Below are positions 9,301-18,997 of a stretch of 20,000 nucleotides of DNA, piece after piece (the first letter of the stretch is position 1; the number at the start of each line of letters is the position of its first letter). The stretch lies in the IMG/VR virus record IMGVR_UViG_3300005239_004183; one strand, 5' to 3'. The DNA is from an uncultured virus (IMG/VR IMGVR_UViG_3300005239_004183) (lineage: Duplodnaviria; Heunggongvirae; Uroviricota; Caudoviricetes). Made by a program: the position numbers and the translations under genes. The notes beneath the pieces were generated by a model that worked only from the letters and a program-made list of their open reading frames with translations, ran no database searches and was not told the origin of the DNA.

Positions 9301-11110
9301 AAATTTTAGCCAACTCACCACCAATTAGTAATCTAAGAATTGTTTTTCTTTGTCTAATGTCATTTATGAATCTTAATTCTTCAATAAATCTTCTAATGCT
9401 TCGGGGATAATTCCAAATAACAGGATTTTGTGCTAAGGCTCTAAGGATAGCCTCTCCACCCTCTTCTAAAAGAATACCTACTGTATTATATGAAATCTTA
9501 ACATCAGAAGCCATCCTCACAAACATAGCCTCTTCATCTTCTAATTCAATTGCTTGTTGCCCACCTCCTGTTTTCAAACCAATTGAATCATAAGTAATAA
9601 CAGTCCTTCCTCCAGACTTATCTGAATATCCTTCATATTTATATGGAGTTTTACAAACATCTCCCTCTCCTTGTCCGTATCTGTAAAATCCATTTTCTTT
9701 TAAAAGCATACCTAATGCTTTAATCATATTAAGACCCCAAGGAGCCTTTTTACCGGGTGAACCATCTGGTTTAGTATAATATGTATCATATTCCACTCCA
9801 ATATCGGGTCCATCATCTTTACCACCAACAATACCATTGCCCCACCGCATTATAATCCTACCATTTGCCTCATAATTATACAGGGGGTCAATATCAACTC
9901 TTTTAATATTACCATTTTCATCAGTAGCGTGTTTAACATCTTTAGGCTTATAAATCCAAATCATAGCATTACCATGTTTAATATCTGACCATGCACCTGA
10001 CCGATAACCACCATACATAGATTCACAAGATGTAGTATCCCAACACCTTCCTGTTGATTTAGTTAGGGCGTGAAGCGGTTGCTGACTAATTTGAACAATA
10101 TATTTACCACCCTTTCCTTTTGGCCATCTTGAACCTGCCTTTGTTTTCCCCGATGGGGGTTTATAGGCTCTCAAAAGAGTTTTAGAGTTGTCGTCTTTTA
10201 CTCTTGCGATAATTTCTGAAACTCCAATAGTTTTAGCAACTTCTCTCAAGGAACCCTCACTCATTAAGTTATCTAAATTAGCATCGGGCAATGTTGCTAA
10301 TTTTTTATTCAAACCATCAAGGTTTCCCTCACTTATTTCTTCTTCAATGTTGGCAAGGACAGGAATCGCTATGTTTCTAACCTCTTGGAAACTCTTTCTT
10401 AGAGGGGCGTAAGTAGCCATAACTTTACCAAGTATGGCCTTCTCATTAGGAATATTTGCCTTACCACTATCTAAAATTGTTTGTCTTAGGAATTTATCTA
10501 AAAGTTTCTTTGTTTCTTTAGCATCAATAACTCTTTCCATTTCCATCACAGTATAGTGGACTTTATCTGTTCTATCAATACCAAATGGAAAACTATATTC
10601 AACCCCTTCCATTTTACCCGTTGAAGGGCTAACTCTCGTTTTAGCAGGTTTTCCGGTGGATGGGTCATTGTTTTTCAAAAATTCATCATTATTTAATACT
10701 TCTGTAAATGACCCTAACATTTCAAGTCTTTTCATAATTACCTTTTCATCAGTAATATTAACTTCATAAAATCCTGCAATTTTCTCAAAAACAGTCCAAC
10801 CAGCATTCCCAGATTTGTTTTTAACAAATCTATTTTTACAAGCACCAAACAAGTTTTCAACAATGTCCTCCCTTAAAGGGACAGTTTCAGTATCTCTTGA
10901 ATACCCGTGATTGTAAATATTTGAATGTTTATTGTGTTTAAAGTTTCTAAACTCTTTCTTGATTTCATTAGCCCACCACCGAGCCTTTTCTTCTGCTGGT
11001 GATTTGGCAGTTAATCCCGAAGATTTAGGAAACTCATAAGCAGGATTGTCTGGATATAGAGTAGTATCTCTTTGAATTAACCTTTGAGTTATCTTCCCTT
11101 TTCCAGCCAT
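6329..11110 (-). CDS. Giant hypothetical protein A (about 1590 aa), paralog of 11184-16855
   Basis: Long ORF. Start revised to ATG 11110 (MAGKGK) because TTTATATAT (11132-11140) ends 21 nt upstream. It carries scattered L-x-x-N-P-x-(L/I) helical-repeat-like motifs and a small N gap near the C-terminus. Confidence 0.9.
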   Translation of the reverse strand: MAGKGKITQRLIQRDTTLYPDNPAYEFPKSSGLTAKSPAEEKARWWANEIKKEFRNFKHNKHSNIYNHGYSRDTETVPLREDIVENLFGACKNRFVKNKSGNAGWTVFEKIAGFYEVNITDEKVIMKRLEMLGSFTEVLNNDEFLKNNDPSTGKPAKTRVSPSTGKMEGVEYSFPFGIDRTDKVHYTVMEMERVIDAKETKKLLDKFLRQTILDSGKANIPNEKAILGKVMATYAPLRKSFQEVRNIAIPVLANIEEEISEGNLDGLNKKLATLPDANLDNLMSEGSLREVAKTIGVSEIIARVKDDNSKTLLRAYKPPSGKTKAGSRWPKGKGGKYIVQISQQPLHALTKSTGRCWDTTSCESMYGGYRSGAWSDIKHGNAMIWIYKPKDVKHATDENGNIKRVDIDPLYNYEANGRIIMRWGNGIVGGKDDGPDIGVEYDTYYTKPDGSPGKKAPWGLNMIKALGMLLKENGFYRYGQGEGDVCKTPYKYEGYSDKSGGRTVITYDSIGLKTGGGQQAIELEDEEAMFVRMASDVKISYNTVGILLEEGGEAILRALAQNPVIWNYPRSIRRFIEELRFINDIRQRKTILRLLIGGELAKISTAETERIFVEVAENIAFYDDKYDDYASYKNDDSLVRDLLTHPNSSTNIHLTLFSNHKGFKVGDNGAGIRTNQKIGSIIEIHYLSLLGRLENNSDYNSLKSKRMVCNAPTPILQKIVKNMIKGPHNCMYFKKTKANIERLIARDNLRRRAYLGKSSLGSVQRKTLKTGMRTTTINQQVVIQEWISAMRRILFSPNLTQKDYLLLLKSFRDYVWSDDLFNEYRTHHGKDYSHFRLWINGQSPTHKRQTQIASTFRQQLIQLMNDIEMSICIPIQNATDYGIGQKTIKGGYLGLQNIPYLESESNFDRQTVEAIKYALDSGCNKMVQPYQTNKETLDIETPIYPSSALWENVRSVSVFNWLYTNCGVITDKVIKSYDVEAYGLPFKQFLFKTINREDINLSERDMYITEKRFTETLKRLPRDSMEQLLTYDFINQHGSMEERDVVPPAAMRYILNNQELLWGLGWREVASWIIEPKAFIFFENLIMQTALKGLYKKGIRKPVFSKLPAKMSERYKLLNENTEYIYILNQVARGFSKNIYTPQSLQMRLMLPATIGSYGMKWSLISETYEGDYDEVLNIVINNFTQNPSLSVAGWKYLFQEYPEKREILFSNPCLSDVIDSGFEWKQYINQYHIQMLSNPSLSIAQNDIIINTILDILSINVNQDVNRIDRLHGDANFYSTLSMNTPKNVRDYIQSVINNNGDWLEYWRGGTYKGAMKLPVNNSMFYNKDGQREAIADKALPVLDRPHYILKFDIDESEKIKMVQEDYEEDGEILQREVEKRIKRNEITSSELLFVQSIVKKRKYYTVKGIEITWDGETGVKNTKQFQKSTTLEELYSFIPESQRSETKLNFKGTPAKWDTGMVLVMADSETFQGQKEIPAWRNTWDENNMXXXXXXXRQLNMGYIQQIQYWILNGYGHLLATPEKQIDISYVYFMIDWPYANNDTKRLAASIRDRRLEEFLIYQDRYGAGADGDEIVEAETYDRILDIVKGW

Positions 11111-11131
11111 GTTTTTAATTTTCAAGAACGG

Positions 11132-11140
11132 ATATATAAA
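11132..11140 (-). promoter_or_regulatory. Archaeal TATA box of giant gene A
   Basis: aatcTTTATATAT followed by 21 nt and then ATG. Confidence 0.75.
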
Positions 11141-11183
11141 GATTATGATAATTATGGAGGAAGTTTTAACTAACCTCTTTCAA

Positions 11184-14100
11184 TTATTGATTATCTCTTA
11201 TGTTTGCCATCTGATACAAATTAGGTGTTAAATTATCTCCACCCTNNNNNNNNNNNNNNNNNNNNNNNNNNNNNNNNNNNNNNNNNNNNNNNNNNNNNNN
11301 NNNNNNNNNNNNNNNNNNNNNNNNNNNNNNNNNNNNNNNNNNNNNNNNNNNNNNNNNNNNNNNNNNNNNNNNNNNNNNNNNNNNNNNNNNNNNNNNNNNN
11401 NNNNNNNNNNNNNNNNNNNNNNNNNNNNNNNNNNNNNNNNNNNNNNNNNNNNNNNNNNNNNNNNNNNNNNNNNNNNNNNNNNNNNNNNNNNNNNNNNNNN
11501 NNNNNNNNNNNNNNNNNNNNNNNNNNNNNNNNNNNNNNNNNNNNNNNNNNNNNNNNNNNNNNNNNNNNNNNNNNNNNNNNNNNNNNNNNNNNNNNNNNNN
11601 NNNNNNNNNNNNNNNNNNNNNNNNNNNNNNNNNNNNNNNNNNNNNNNNNNNNNNNNNNNNNNNNNNNNNNNNNNNNNNNNNNNNNNNNNNNNNNNNNNNN
11701 NNNNNNNNNNNNNNNNNNNNNNNNNNNNNNNNNNNNNNNNNNNNNNNNNNNNNNNNNNNNNNNNNNNNNNNNNNNNNNNNNNNNNNNNNNNNNNNNNNNN
11801 NNNNNNNNNNNNNNNNNNNNNNNNNNNNNNNNNNNNNNNNNNNNNNNNNNNNNNNNNNNNNNNNNNNNNNNNNNNNNNNNNNNNNNNNNNNNNNNNNNNN
11901 NNNNNNNNNNNNNNNNNNNNNNNNNNNNNNNNNNNNNNNNNNNNNNNNNNNNNNNNNNNNNNNNNNNNNNNNNNNNNNNNNNNNNNNNNNNNNNNNNNNN
12001 NNNNNNNNNNNNNNNNNNNNNNNNNNNNNNNNNNNNNNNTGGAGGTAAAAATATGTTCAGCACAAGCATCCCACAAAGAAGGAGTCCATAAGTAAATAGG
12101 TTCTTGTGATAAATTATAAATAATATCAGATATTCCATAAGTAGCCAATTGTTTTGAAACACCTGCTTCATTCGGCTTTCCTCTAATTATGTGTGTGCCA
12201 CTCTCCGCCATTTCATTAATTTTATTTAGAATGGCTTTTCCTTCACTTCTTTGAACAAATGCTTGCATCAAGTGGTGTGATTTTTCTTGCAACCAAGCAT
12301 ATCTCCAATCGGGATATTCTGCTTGATTTGCTAATTTTTCAAACTCGGAATCTTGAAGAACGAACAACATATCAACTTCCCATCGTGGCTCTCCTTCTTT
12401 ATTTTCTTTCTTTTTATAAAACAATTGATGAATTTCATCTTTGCTGAAAGTTTTACTATTTGTAATGTTAGTTGTGGGGTATTTATCAAAAATTGTAGGA
12501 CAATTAGACCATGTGGTTGAGGTAACTGAATATCCTCCTGCGGTTTCTTCAATTGATTCAACATAGTGGAATCTTGCACCTTTGATGAATACTGCTTCTT
12601 CATCATCCTCTTCTGCATTCAATATATATTCATTTTCAATATCATCTAATGCAATAATCCAAAATGCAGGAGAATCGGGCATGATAATATCGTCTGCAAT
12701 TCCTTCCTTGTAAAGATTTTGTCGTTCAATAGTATTGAATACACCCTTCTTTTCATTTCCACCTCTCCAATATTGAATATATGGGAAAGATTCAATAAAT
12801 CTTCTCACATCGGCTCTTTTATTTACACCTTTTCTATCGCCTCTTAACAACATAGATAAGGTGTTTTGATTTTTATATGCATCATTCTTTTGTTTAACTT
12901 TTGCAGAAGTAAGGCTTGTTTTTAATCTAAACTTATCTTCTCCGATTGGGGCTTTGAGAATTGTTTCAGTAGCCTTAAACAATCTGTTGAAAACCCTCTT
13001 AGGCAATTTAGGATTTTGCAATACTTCAACAGGATAATCAGCAAACAATTCAGTAATTATCTCAATAGGAGTATCTTTGTGTTTTGCAAGGGCAAAGAGA
13101 TATTTACCTTCGTTATAACATTTCATATAAACATATTCACTCATGTTAGAGTTTGGCTTTAGTGTGAAGTATTCAATCATAAAAGCATCAAAAATATCTT
13201 GTTGATTTACTGTTTCTAAATCATACATATCTGCAATAGCAAACTGTTCGCCTATAAAGAATTGTTGTAATTCATCAGAAATTTGCCCATCAAACAATTT
13301 ATTTAGTAATCTTTCAGTCAAATTTTTATATGCAAAAGAGTAATCTGTTTGTGAGTAAAGGTCTTTAATTGATTTTGCCTTAGTAAAGTTAGACATACTT
13401 CTTGGATTTTCTTTTGTTCCGGTATATAGGTTTCCTAAACACGCTTTAAAAGTGTAGTGCAAATATTCATCAGCAAGTTTTTGTGTTTCTTCCACATTCA
13501 TTTCTGGAAGAAATCTGGATATAATTGCATTTGAATGATTTAAGAAGAAAACAGGGTCCTCCATCTTGCCCATATTGGACTTGAGATATTTCTTTGCAAT
13601 AGGGTCTGTTTTTCCGACTTGAAGCAACTGTATTGTTGAGCCTCTTTTCCCAACTGCAAGAGTGCCATATCCTGCAAATATCGGTTTAGCCCCTTCACCA
13701 TCTTTACTTAATCTTGTTAATAGGGCAGGAGAAAGAGAATATTCAAGAATGTGTTCTTTAACAAATGCATCTTTTCCATATTCTTTCATAATAGCATCAA
13801 AAATTGTTTGATTGTAAAATGTATTGTATATGGGATTCTTTTTATCATATCCAATTTGCAAGAAATCGGGTTTTAAACAAGAATAACCAAATGCTTGAAT
13901 TGGAATTTGTAATTTATTCCTTGATTTCCACAAAGCCATATAAACTTCTTCTGTTTGTGTTAAACCTAATAAGAATTCATACGGAGATTCATACCTATCA
14001 TAATTTGAAACCGTCATAAGAGTAGCCTTTGGCAAAATATCCCTTACCAATTCAAAAATTAATTTTGCAGAATTGGCAGATTGTTTTGGTTCTTTACACA

Positions 14101-16855
14101 ATATTAAATTATCATTAGGTAGTTTAAAGGTAAATGGAATAGTTTTTAGTTTTAGTGAGAAACCGCCCTTAGTGGCCAATGCTCCACTAAAAAGACCTTC
14201 TTGCAATTTTGAATTTTGGTCTGCCCAAAAAGCATTATCTAAAAATGGTTTTTTAAAAGGCTTAGAATTTGTGGGATAGTTAGAAATGTAATCATAACCC
14301 CAATCTGATGCATTGTTGAATGGCGTAATATATAATACAAGTGCAAAGTTAAACAATGAAAGTGATAATCTCTTTATTCGTAAGATTATGTCGTTTAAAT
14401 TACCTTTGATTGGGCCGGTAGGTTTAGTTTGTTTTTGATAAGCCTCATTAATTTCTGCATATTTTCTATTTTCTAATAATCCCTCTCTAATTCTTTTAAT
14501 AATATCACAATATTGTGTATTTGATAAATTAGGGGCGCACAATAAATGCATCAAAACAATTGTTTCATAGAGTTGTGCATAGTAAAACTTTTGCATCCTA
14601 AAAGCGAATTTTTCTTTTTGCGGTCTTGAAGAGTTAAAAGGACTCGGTGCTATCAATGTCGCAAGGGGGCATATATCTGGACTTTCAACTTGTTCTATAA
14701 TATTTTTTCCATCGGCTTGTTTCTCATCAGTGGAATATCCCAATACCATTGGAGAGTTATATTTAATTTTGTTAAGGGTTTTTAAAATCTTATCTATGTT
14801 AGCAGTAGTTAATGAATTTAAAATCAAAGAAGAAGGCATATATCCTCCTATATATGATTTAGGTGAGGTCATAATATTTCTATAAAATAATTGCATTTGT
14901 GTTTGTCCAAAACCAAAATTAGTTATTTCAAAAGGTGTAATTTTTGCATTAGTTGAGATTCGTTTGTTTCTTTTAACAACATTACCTGCGGGAACAACAT
15001 ATCCTTGATGATTCTTCTTAATCCAATCAATAATTTCGGGAGTGCAATTCGGGTTAGAAAGAATAATTTTATCAATTGTGTTTTCTTGAAGATATGATTT
15101 TGTTAAATCTGGGAAAGTGTCATACATGGTTTGTGCAAGTAGCATTAAGGCTTCTGGGTGGCAATTTACATTTCCTGCAAGATTCAAATGCATTTGTTGG
15201 TCTTTAGCCATAATTAATCGGGCAATACATTGTTCTCCCCCTTCAATCGCCCAAATACCATTGTTTAAAGAAAGAATTCTCCTAATTGCAATATCAATAT
15301 TGGGTCTTGAAACTCTATTTAATGCACCGTATTGAATTCCTTCTGCTTGTGCCGCCTCTAAGTCAAAATTGATGGCAACTCCTTCTTTCAATTTACCCTT
15401 ACCAGCATATGTTAAATTGCCCCCTCTCATGTTGCCCGCATCTGCTGAACCAGAATATGTATATATTGCGGCTGTTTTTGAANNNNNNNNNNNNNNNNNN
15501 NNNNNNNNNNNNNNNNNNNNNNNNNNNNNNNNNNNNNNNNNNNNNNNNNNNNNNNNNNNNNNNNNNNNNNNNNNNNNNNNNNNNNNNNNNNNNNNNNNNN
15601 NNNNNNNNNNNNNNNNNNNNNNNNNNNNNNNNNNNNNNNNNNNNNNNNNNNNNNNNNNNNNNNNNNNNNNNNNNNNNNNNNNNNNNNNNNNNNNNNNNNN
15701 NNNNNNNNNNNNNNNNNNNNNNNNNNNNNNNNNNNNNNNNNNNNNNNNNNNNNNNNNNNNNNNNNNNNNNNNNNNNNNNNNNNNNNNNNNNNNNNNNNNN
15801 NNNNNNNNNNNNNNNNNNNNNNNNNNNNNNNNNNNNNNNNNNNNNNNNNNNNNNNNNNNNNNNNNNNNNNNNNNNNNNNNNNNNNNNNNNNNNNNNNNNN
15901 NNNNNNNNNNNNNNNNNNNNNNNNNNNNNNNNNNNNNNNNNNNNNNNNNNNNNNNNNNNNNNNNNNNNNNNNNNNNNNNNNNNNNNNNNNNNNNNNNNNN
16001 NNNNNNNNNNNNNNNNNNNNNNNNNNNNNNNNNNNNNNNNNNNNNNNNNNNNNNNNNNNNNNNNNNNNNNNNNNNNNNNNNNNNNNNNNNNNNNNNNNNN
16101 NNNNNNNNNNNNNNNNNNNNNNNNNNNNNNNNNNNNNNNNNNNNNNNNNNNNNNNNNNNNNNNNNNNNNNNNNNNNNNNNNNNNNNNNNNNNNNNNNNNN
16201 NNNNNNNNNNNNNNNNNNNNNNNNNNNNNNNNNNNNNNNNNNNNNNNNNNNNNNNNNNNNNNNNNNNNNNNNNNNNNNNNNNNNNNNNNNNNNNNNNNNN
16301 NNNNNNNNNNNNNNNNNNNNNNNNNNNNNNNNNNNNNNNNNNCGTATCTTGGAGAAATAAATCCCATAGCGATACTACAATCTTTTTAGGAGAGATGGTC
16401 TTTTTTCTGGAGAATAAGACATAATGTAATGCCCTTTCAATAGCATCTTCGGCATCTCCTGTTTCTTGTTCAATTTGTATAAATGGAGGTGTAGTAACAA
16501 CCTTCTTGTCTGAATTCAAAATATCTAACATTTCATAATAAGTAGTCATTTGGTTTTGAACAGACGATTCCGAAACAAGAGTAATTTTGTATTCTCCTAT
16601 AAAGTTTTTGAGAGCCTTACCCCCTCCTGCAAAGGTAGTAGGGTCGTTTTCATCTTTATTAGCCAACCTTTTTTGTAGGGCGGGTCTTAAAGCATCTTTT
16701 TCTCTTTGGCCTAAGTTACCTGCCCATCTTGACCCCGACATAGGAGGTAATGCATTGATTCTTGACACTATGGACTTTGACCATTCTTCAACAGTTTCAA
16801 AGTTATTTTCAGGCATATCGTATTCAACGACCTTTTCCCAAACAACTTTGACCAT
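11184..16855 (-). CDS. Giant hypothetical protein B (about 1900 aa including two N gaps), paralog of 6329-11110
   Basis: Open frames on each side of the gaps share collinear motifs with protein A. The likely true end is the frame ...GGDNLTPNLYQMANIRDNQ* (stop 11184-11186), resembling AASIRDRR near the end of protein A. Confidence 0.8.
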
Positions 16856-16875
16856 ATTTTAAACTTTACCTTTTG

Positions 16876-16884
16876 ATATATAAA
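16876..16884 (-). promoter_or_regulatory. Archaeal TATA box of giant gene B
   Basis: aatactTTTATATAT followed by 20 nt and then ATG. The TTTATATATC core is the same as for gene A. Confidence 0.75.
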
Positions 16885-16889
16885 AGTAT

Positions 16890-17102
16890 TTAATTAATTC
16901 GCTTAAAGATTGTTGGGCCTCTTCCATCTTTCTTTACAATAAACGACTTATCAGACCTAAATTTAACTGCAATACTTTTTTTAGTGGGAATCTCCCGCCT
17001 TCCTAAATCCATCATTCTTGTGATAATCTGTTCAGCAGTAACTTCCTCTCCAATAGCAATAACCTTTTTTGCCGCTTCAAAATTAGTAGGTTTAGTTTTC
17101 AT
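16890..17102 (-). CDS. Small basic protein (70 aa), probable winged-helix DNA-binding protein
   Basis: Helix-TAEQIITRM-helix-PTKKSIAVKF-helix followed by a beta hairpin (FIVKKDGRGPTIFKR) fits a wHTH pattern. The ATG at 17102 lies 4 nt after the PCNA stop. Confidence 0.6.
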   Translation of the reverse strand: MKTKPTNFEAAKKVIAIGEEVTAEQIITRMMDLGRREIPTKKSIAVKFRSDKSFIVKKDGRGPTIFKRIN

Positions 17103-17106
17103 AATA

Positions 17107-17830
17107 TCACACCTTTGGAGCAATCATGGCTCTAATTTTGGAATCATTTGCTAAATCCCAAGAGAAACAAACAACCTTATCTTGGCTTCCCTCAACTGAA
17201 ATTATACCCTTGGAAGTTGATACGGCCTTTGCAACTTCGGATAGTGCAAAAGTAGTATTTGATTTATAGCCTTCATCATCACCTATTGTTTTACTGAATC
17301 TTCCCAAGGCACTTCAATAAGCCTTCATCTGTTTCTGAAACCATAATTAAGTTACTTTCTTGAGTCATAATTTTAAAAGATAATGCCTTTCCACAAGCCT
17401 TAATAAAACTATTGAATGTTTTATTATCAATAATTGCCCGATATTTATAATGCAAATCTAAATTTGGAATCCTACTGATGTGGTTTAAATCAATTAATTT
17501 AATAGACCTCTTTAAGCCATTAGAAATTAATTGTAAGTAATCAGAATCATCCTCATAATTCATAATCAAAAAATCTCCCTTCCTCATTGTTTTAGTAATA
17601 TCTTTCAACCTGTTGATGACAATGCCTAATTCAATAGGTTTAGAACATTCATATTCCAGCAAGTCATTAGACGATATTTTTATTTCAAGAACCTTGTATT
17701 TATAAATATCTGATACTCTAATAAAAAAACCAGAATTATCAAATACAAATACTGCATCATCGTTTGTGTGTTCAACGGCCTTTACTACTTCTTTAATCAA
17801 ATTACAATTTATGCTTAGATTGACTCCCAT
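17107..17830 (-). CDS. pcn: PCNA-like DNA sliding clamp, frameshifted (ORFs 17291-17830 and 17107-17307)
   Basis: The N-terminal part (LIKEVVKAV...DAVFVFDNSGFFIRVSD...LEYEC...ELGIVINRLKDITK) and the C-terminal AMIAPKV (cf. the PCNA LAPR/K terminus) span 724 nt together, about 240 aa, which is PCNA size. Confidence 0.85.
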
Positions 17831-17851
17831 ACTCTAAACAATGAATAACAC

Positions 17852-17859
17852 CTATATAA
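17852..17859 (-). promoter_or_regulatory. TATA box of the PCNA gene
   Basis: TTATATAG ends 21 nt before ATG 17830. Confidence 0.7.
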
Positions 17860-17865
17860 CCTTAA

Positions 17866-18141
17866 TCATTCGGTGTAATCTGGGTGGTAAGGTTTATCAT
17901 CTTCAAATGTAATTTCAATATCTTCATTTTCGGGAGTAATATCCTTTATAACAACACTATAAACCTTATTTCCCTTCCTTACAGTAGCCCTAACAGATTC
18001 TTTATTTTCTGCCCTCTTTTCAAAAGATTTAGGATTTAGAATGCTTAAAATAATATCATTAAAATAATCCTTCTCCTTTGATGAAAAAGGTTTAAATGGC
18101 TGATAATTTTTAAAATATTTATAGGGGTCATATTTGTCCAT
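17866..18141 (-). CDS. Hypothetical protein, 91 aa
   Basis: ORF track. aaaaagtaTTAAATAA (box 18163-18170) ends 21 nt before the ATG. Confidence 0.75.
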   Translation of the reverse strand: MDKYDPYKYFKNYQPFKPFSSKEKDYFNDIILSILNPKSFEKRAENKESVRATVRKGNKVYSVVIKDITPENEDIEITFEDDKPYHPDYTE

Positions 18142-18176
18142 ATTTTATCATACTCAACACACTTATTTAATACTTT

Positions 18177-18260
18177 TTAGTATTCCTCTTCCAGACCAAC
18201 TCCAAAAGAGATTCCGAAAACTAAGATAAAAAATAAAATTATACAAGAATCAATCATCAT
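18177..18260 (-). CDS. Putative 27-aa single-pass membrane peptide (MMIDSCIILFFILVFGISFGVGLEEEY)
   Basis: Manual translation. It overlaps the ERCC4 stop, is preceded by SD-like GGGTGG, fills the intergenic space exactly, and has a hydrophobic core with an acidic tail. Confidence 0.55.
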   Translation of the reverse strand: MMIDSCIILFFILVFGISFGVGLEEEY

Positions 18261-18936
18261 GCCCACCCTTATCAACTATTACTTCTCTCTCCGAAGTTTC
18301 ACCCCATTCCGTTTCAATATATTTCTTAATTTTATCGCATTGAGTTTGCCACCTCTTACTCTCGTCTGTTTTTTTAGCAGTTTCAAAATTATTAACGAAA
18401 TCAGAAAGATTGTCAAAATGGTCATATAAAACCTTAGACCTATCAATAGTGATGCCCGGAATTAAACTCATCATATTGTGGAAAATATTTCTGGAAGATT
18501 TTAAAACTACTGTTTTTCTAACCATCGTCTTATAATCTCCACTTTCTAATCTCGTTTTTAAAGATTCAACATAATCAACGGTATCATTTTTACTATCAGT
18601 ATATACCACAGGTAAAACTTCTGCACTCATCCTATTTAAAAATCTTTGAAGCATCCTAACCAATGCATATTTTCTTTGCCTCCATAATCTGCTATTTTGT
18701 AATCTCCCCTCTATCAATAATATGCAATCATCATGTTTTTCAACCATATTTGATATTTGATTTTCTAATCTCTTAGTTTGCCATGAAGTATATGCATCAT
18801 TCCATGTCTTTCTTTCAATAACAATAGTTTTATTATCTCCTACTATGTGTATATCGCCTTCCTTTAAAGGAAGCAATTCAGCATCCATTTTGTCTGCAAG
18901 TTTTTTACCTTCATAACTATCCACTATGACTCTCAT
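18250..18936 (-). CDS. ERCC4/XPF (Hef-type nuclease domain) structure-specific endonuclease with a C-terminal HhH, no helicase domain
   Basis: VIVDSYE, GDIHI, VIERKTWND (GDxnERKx3D catalytic motif), RLENQ, ILLIEG, and HhH-like SLIPGITIDRSKVLYDHF. Confidence 0.9.
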   Translation of the reverse strand: MRVIVDSYEGKKLADKMDAELLPLKEGDIHIVGDNKTIVIERKTWNDAYTSWQTKRLENQISNMVEKHDDCILLIEGRLQNSRLWRQRKYALVRMLQRFLNRMSAEVLPVVYTDSKNDTVDYVESLKTRLESGDYKTMVRKTVVLKSSRNIFHNMMSLIPGITIDRSKVLYDHFDNLSDFVNNFETAKKTDESKRWQTQCDKIKKYIETEWGETSEREVIVDKGGHDD

Positions 18937-18957
18937 ACTTTAATTATATATGTCTTA

Positions 18958-18976
18958 CTACTTAACATTTATATAG
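18958..18976. promoter_or_regulatory. Back-to-back divergent TATA boxes
   Basis: Minus-strand TTAAGTAG (18958-18965) is 21 nt from ATG 18936. Plus-strand TTTATATAG (18968-18976) is 21 nt from ATG 18998. Confidence 0.7.
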
Positions 18977-18997
18977 GTGAAAAGATACCGGGCAATT

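Noticed and set aside
786..16424. ORF-track entries made mostly of X (786-1451, 814-1374, 4452-5348, 4503-5393, 11225-12091, 11233-12171, 15369-16424, 15399-16367, 15409-16389)
   Set aside because: Artefacts of N gaps, which contain no stop codons.
6329..16855. Giant proteins as RNA/DNA polymerase, helicase or tape-measure proteins
   Set aside because: No NADFDGD, Walker A/B, PolB motifs or tape-measure periodicity in the visible sequence.
1620..16862. Short ORFs antisense to, or nested in, the long minus-strand genes (e.g. 1620-1985, 3407-3638, 6256-6453 His-rich, 12331-12618, 16587-16862)
   Set aside because: Shadow ORFs of real genes with no promoter or protein-like motifs. The His run at about 6385-6408 is the antisense of Gly/Ala/Asp codons.
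17107..17330. Stop-codon reassignment as the cause of the PCNA split
   Set aside because: The two parts lie in different frames, and TAA, TAG and TGA all act as stops in neighbouring genes.
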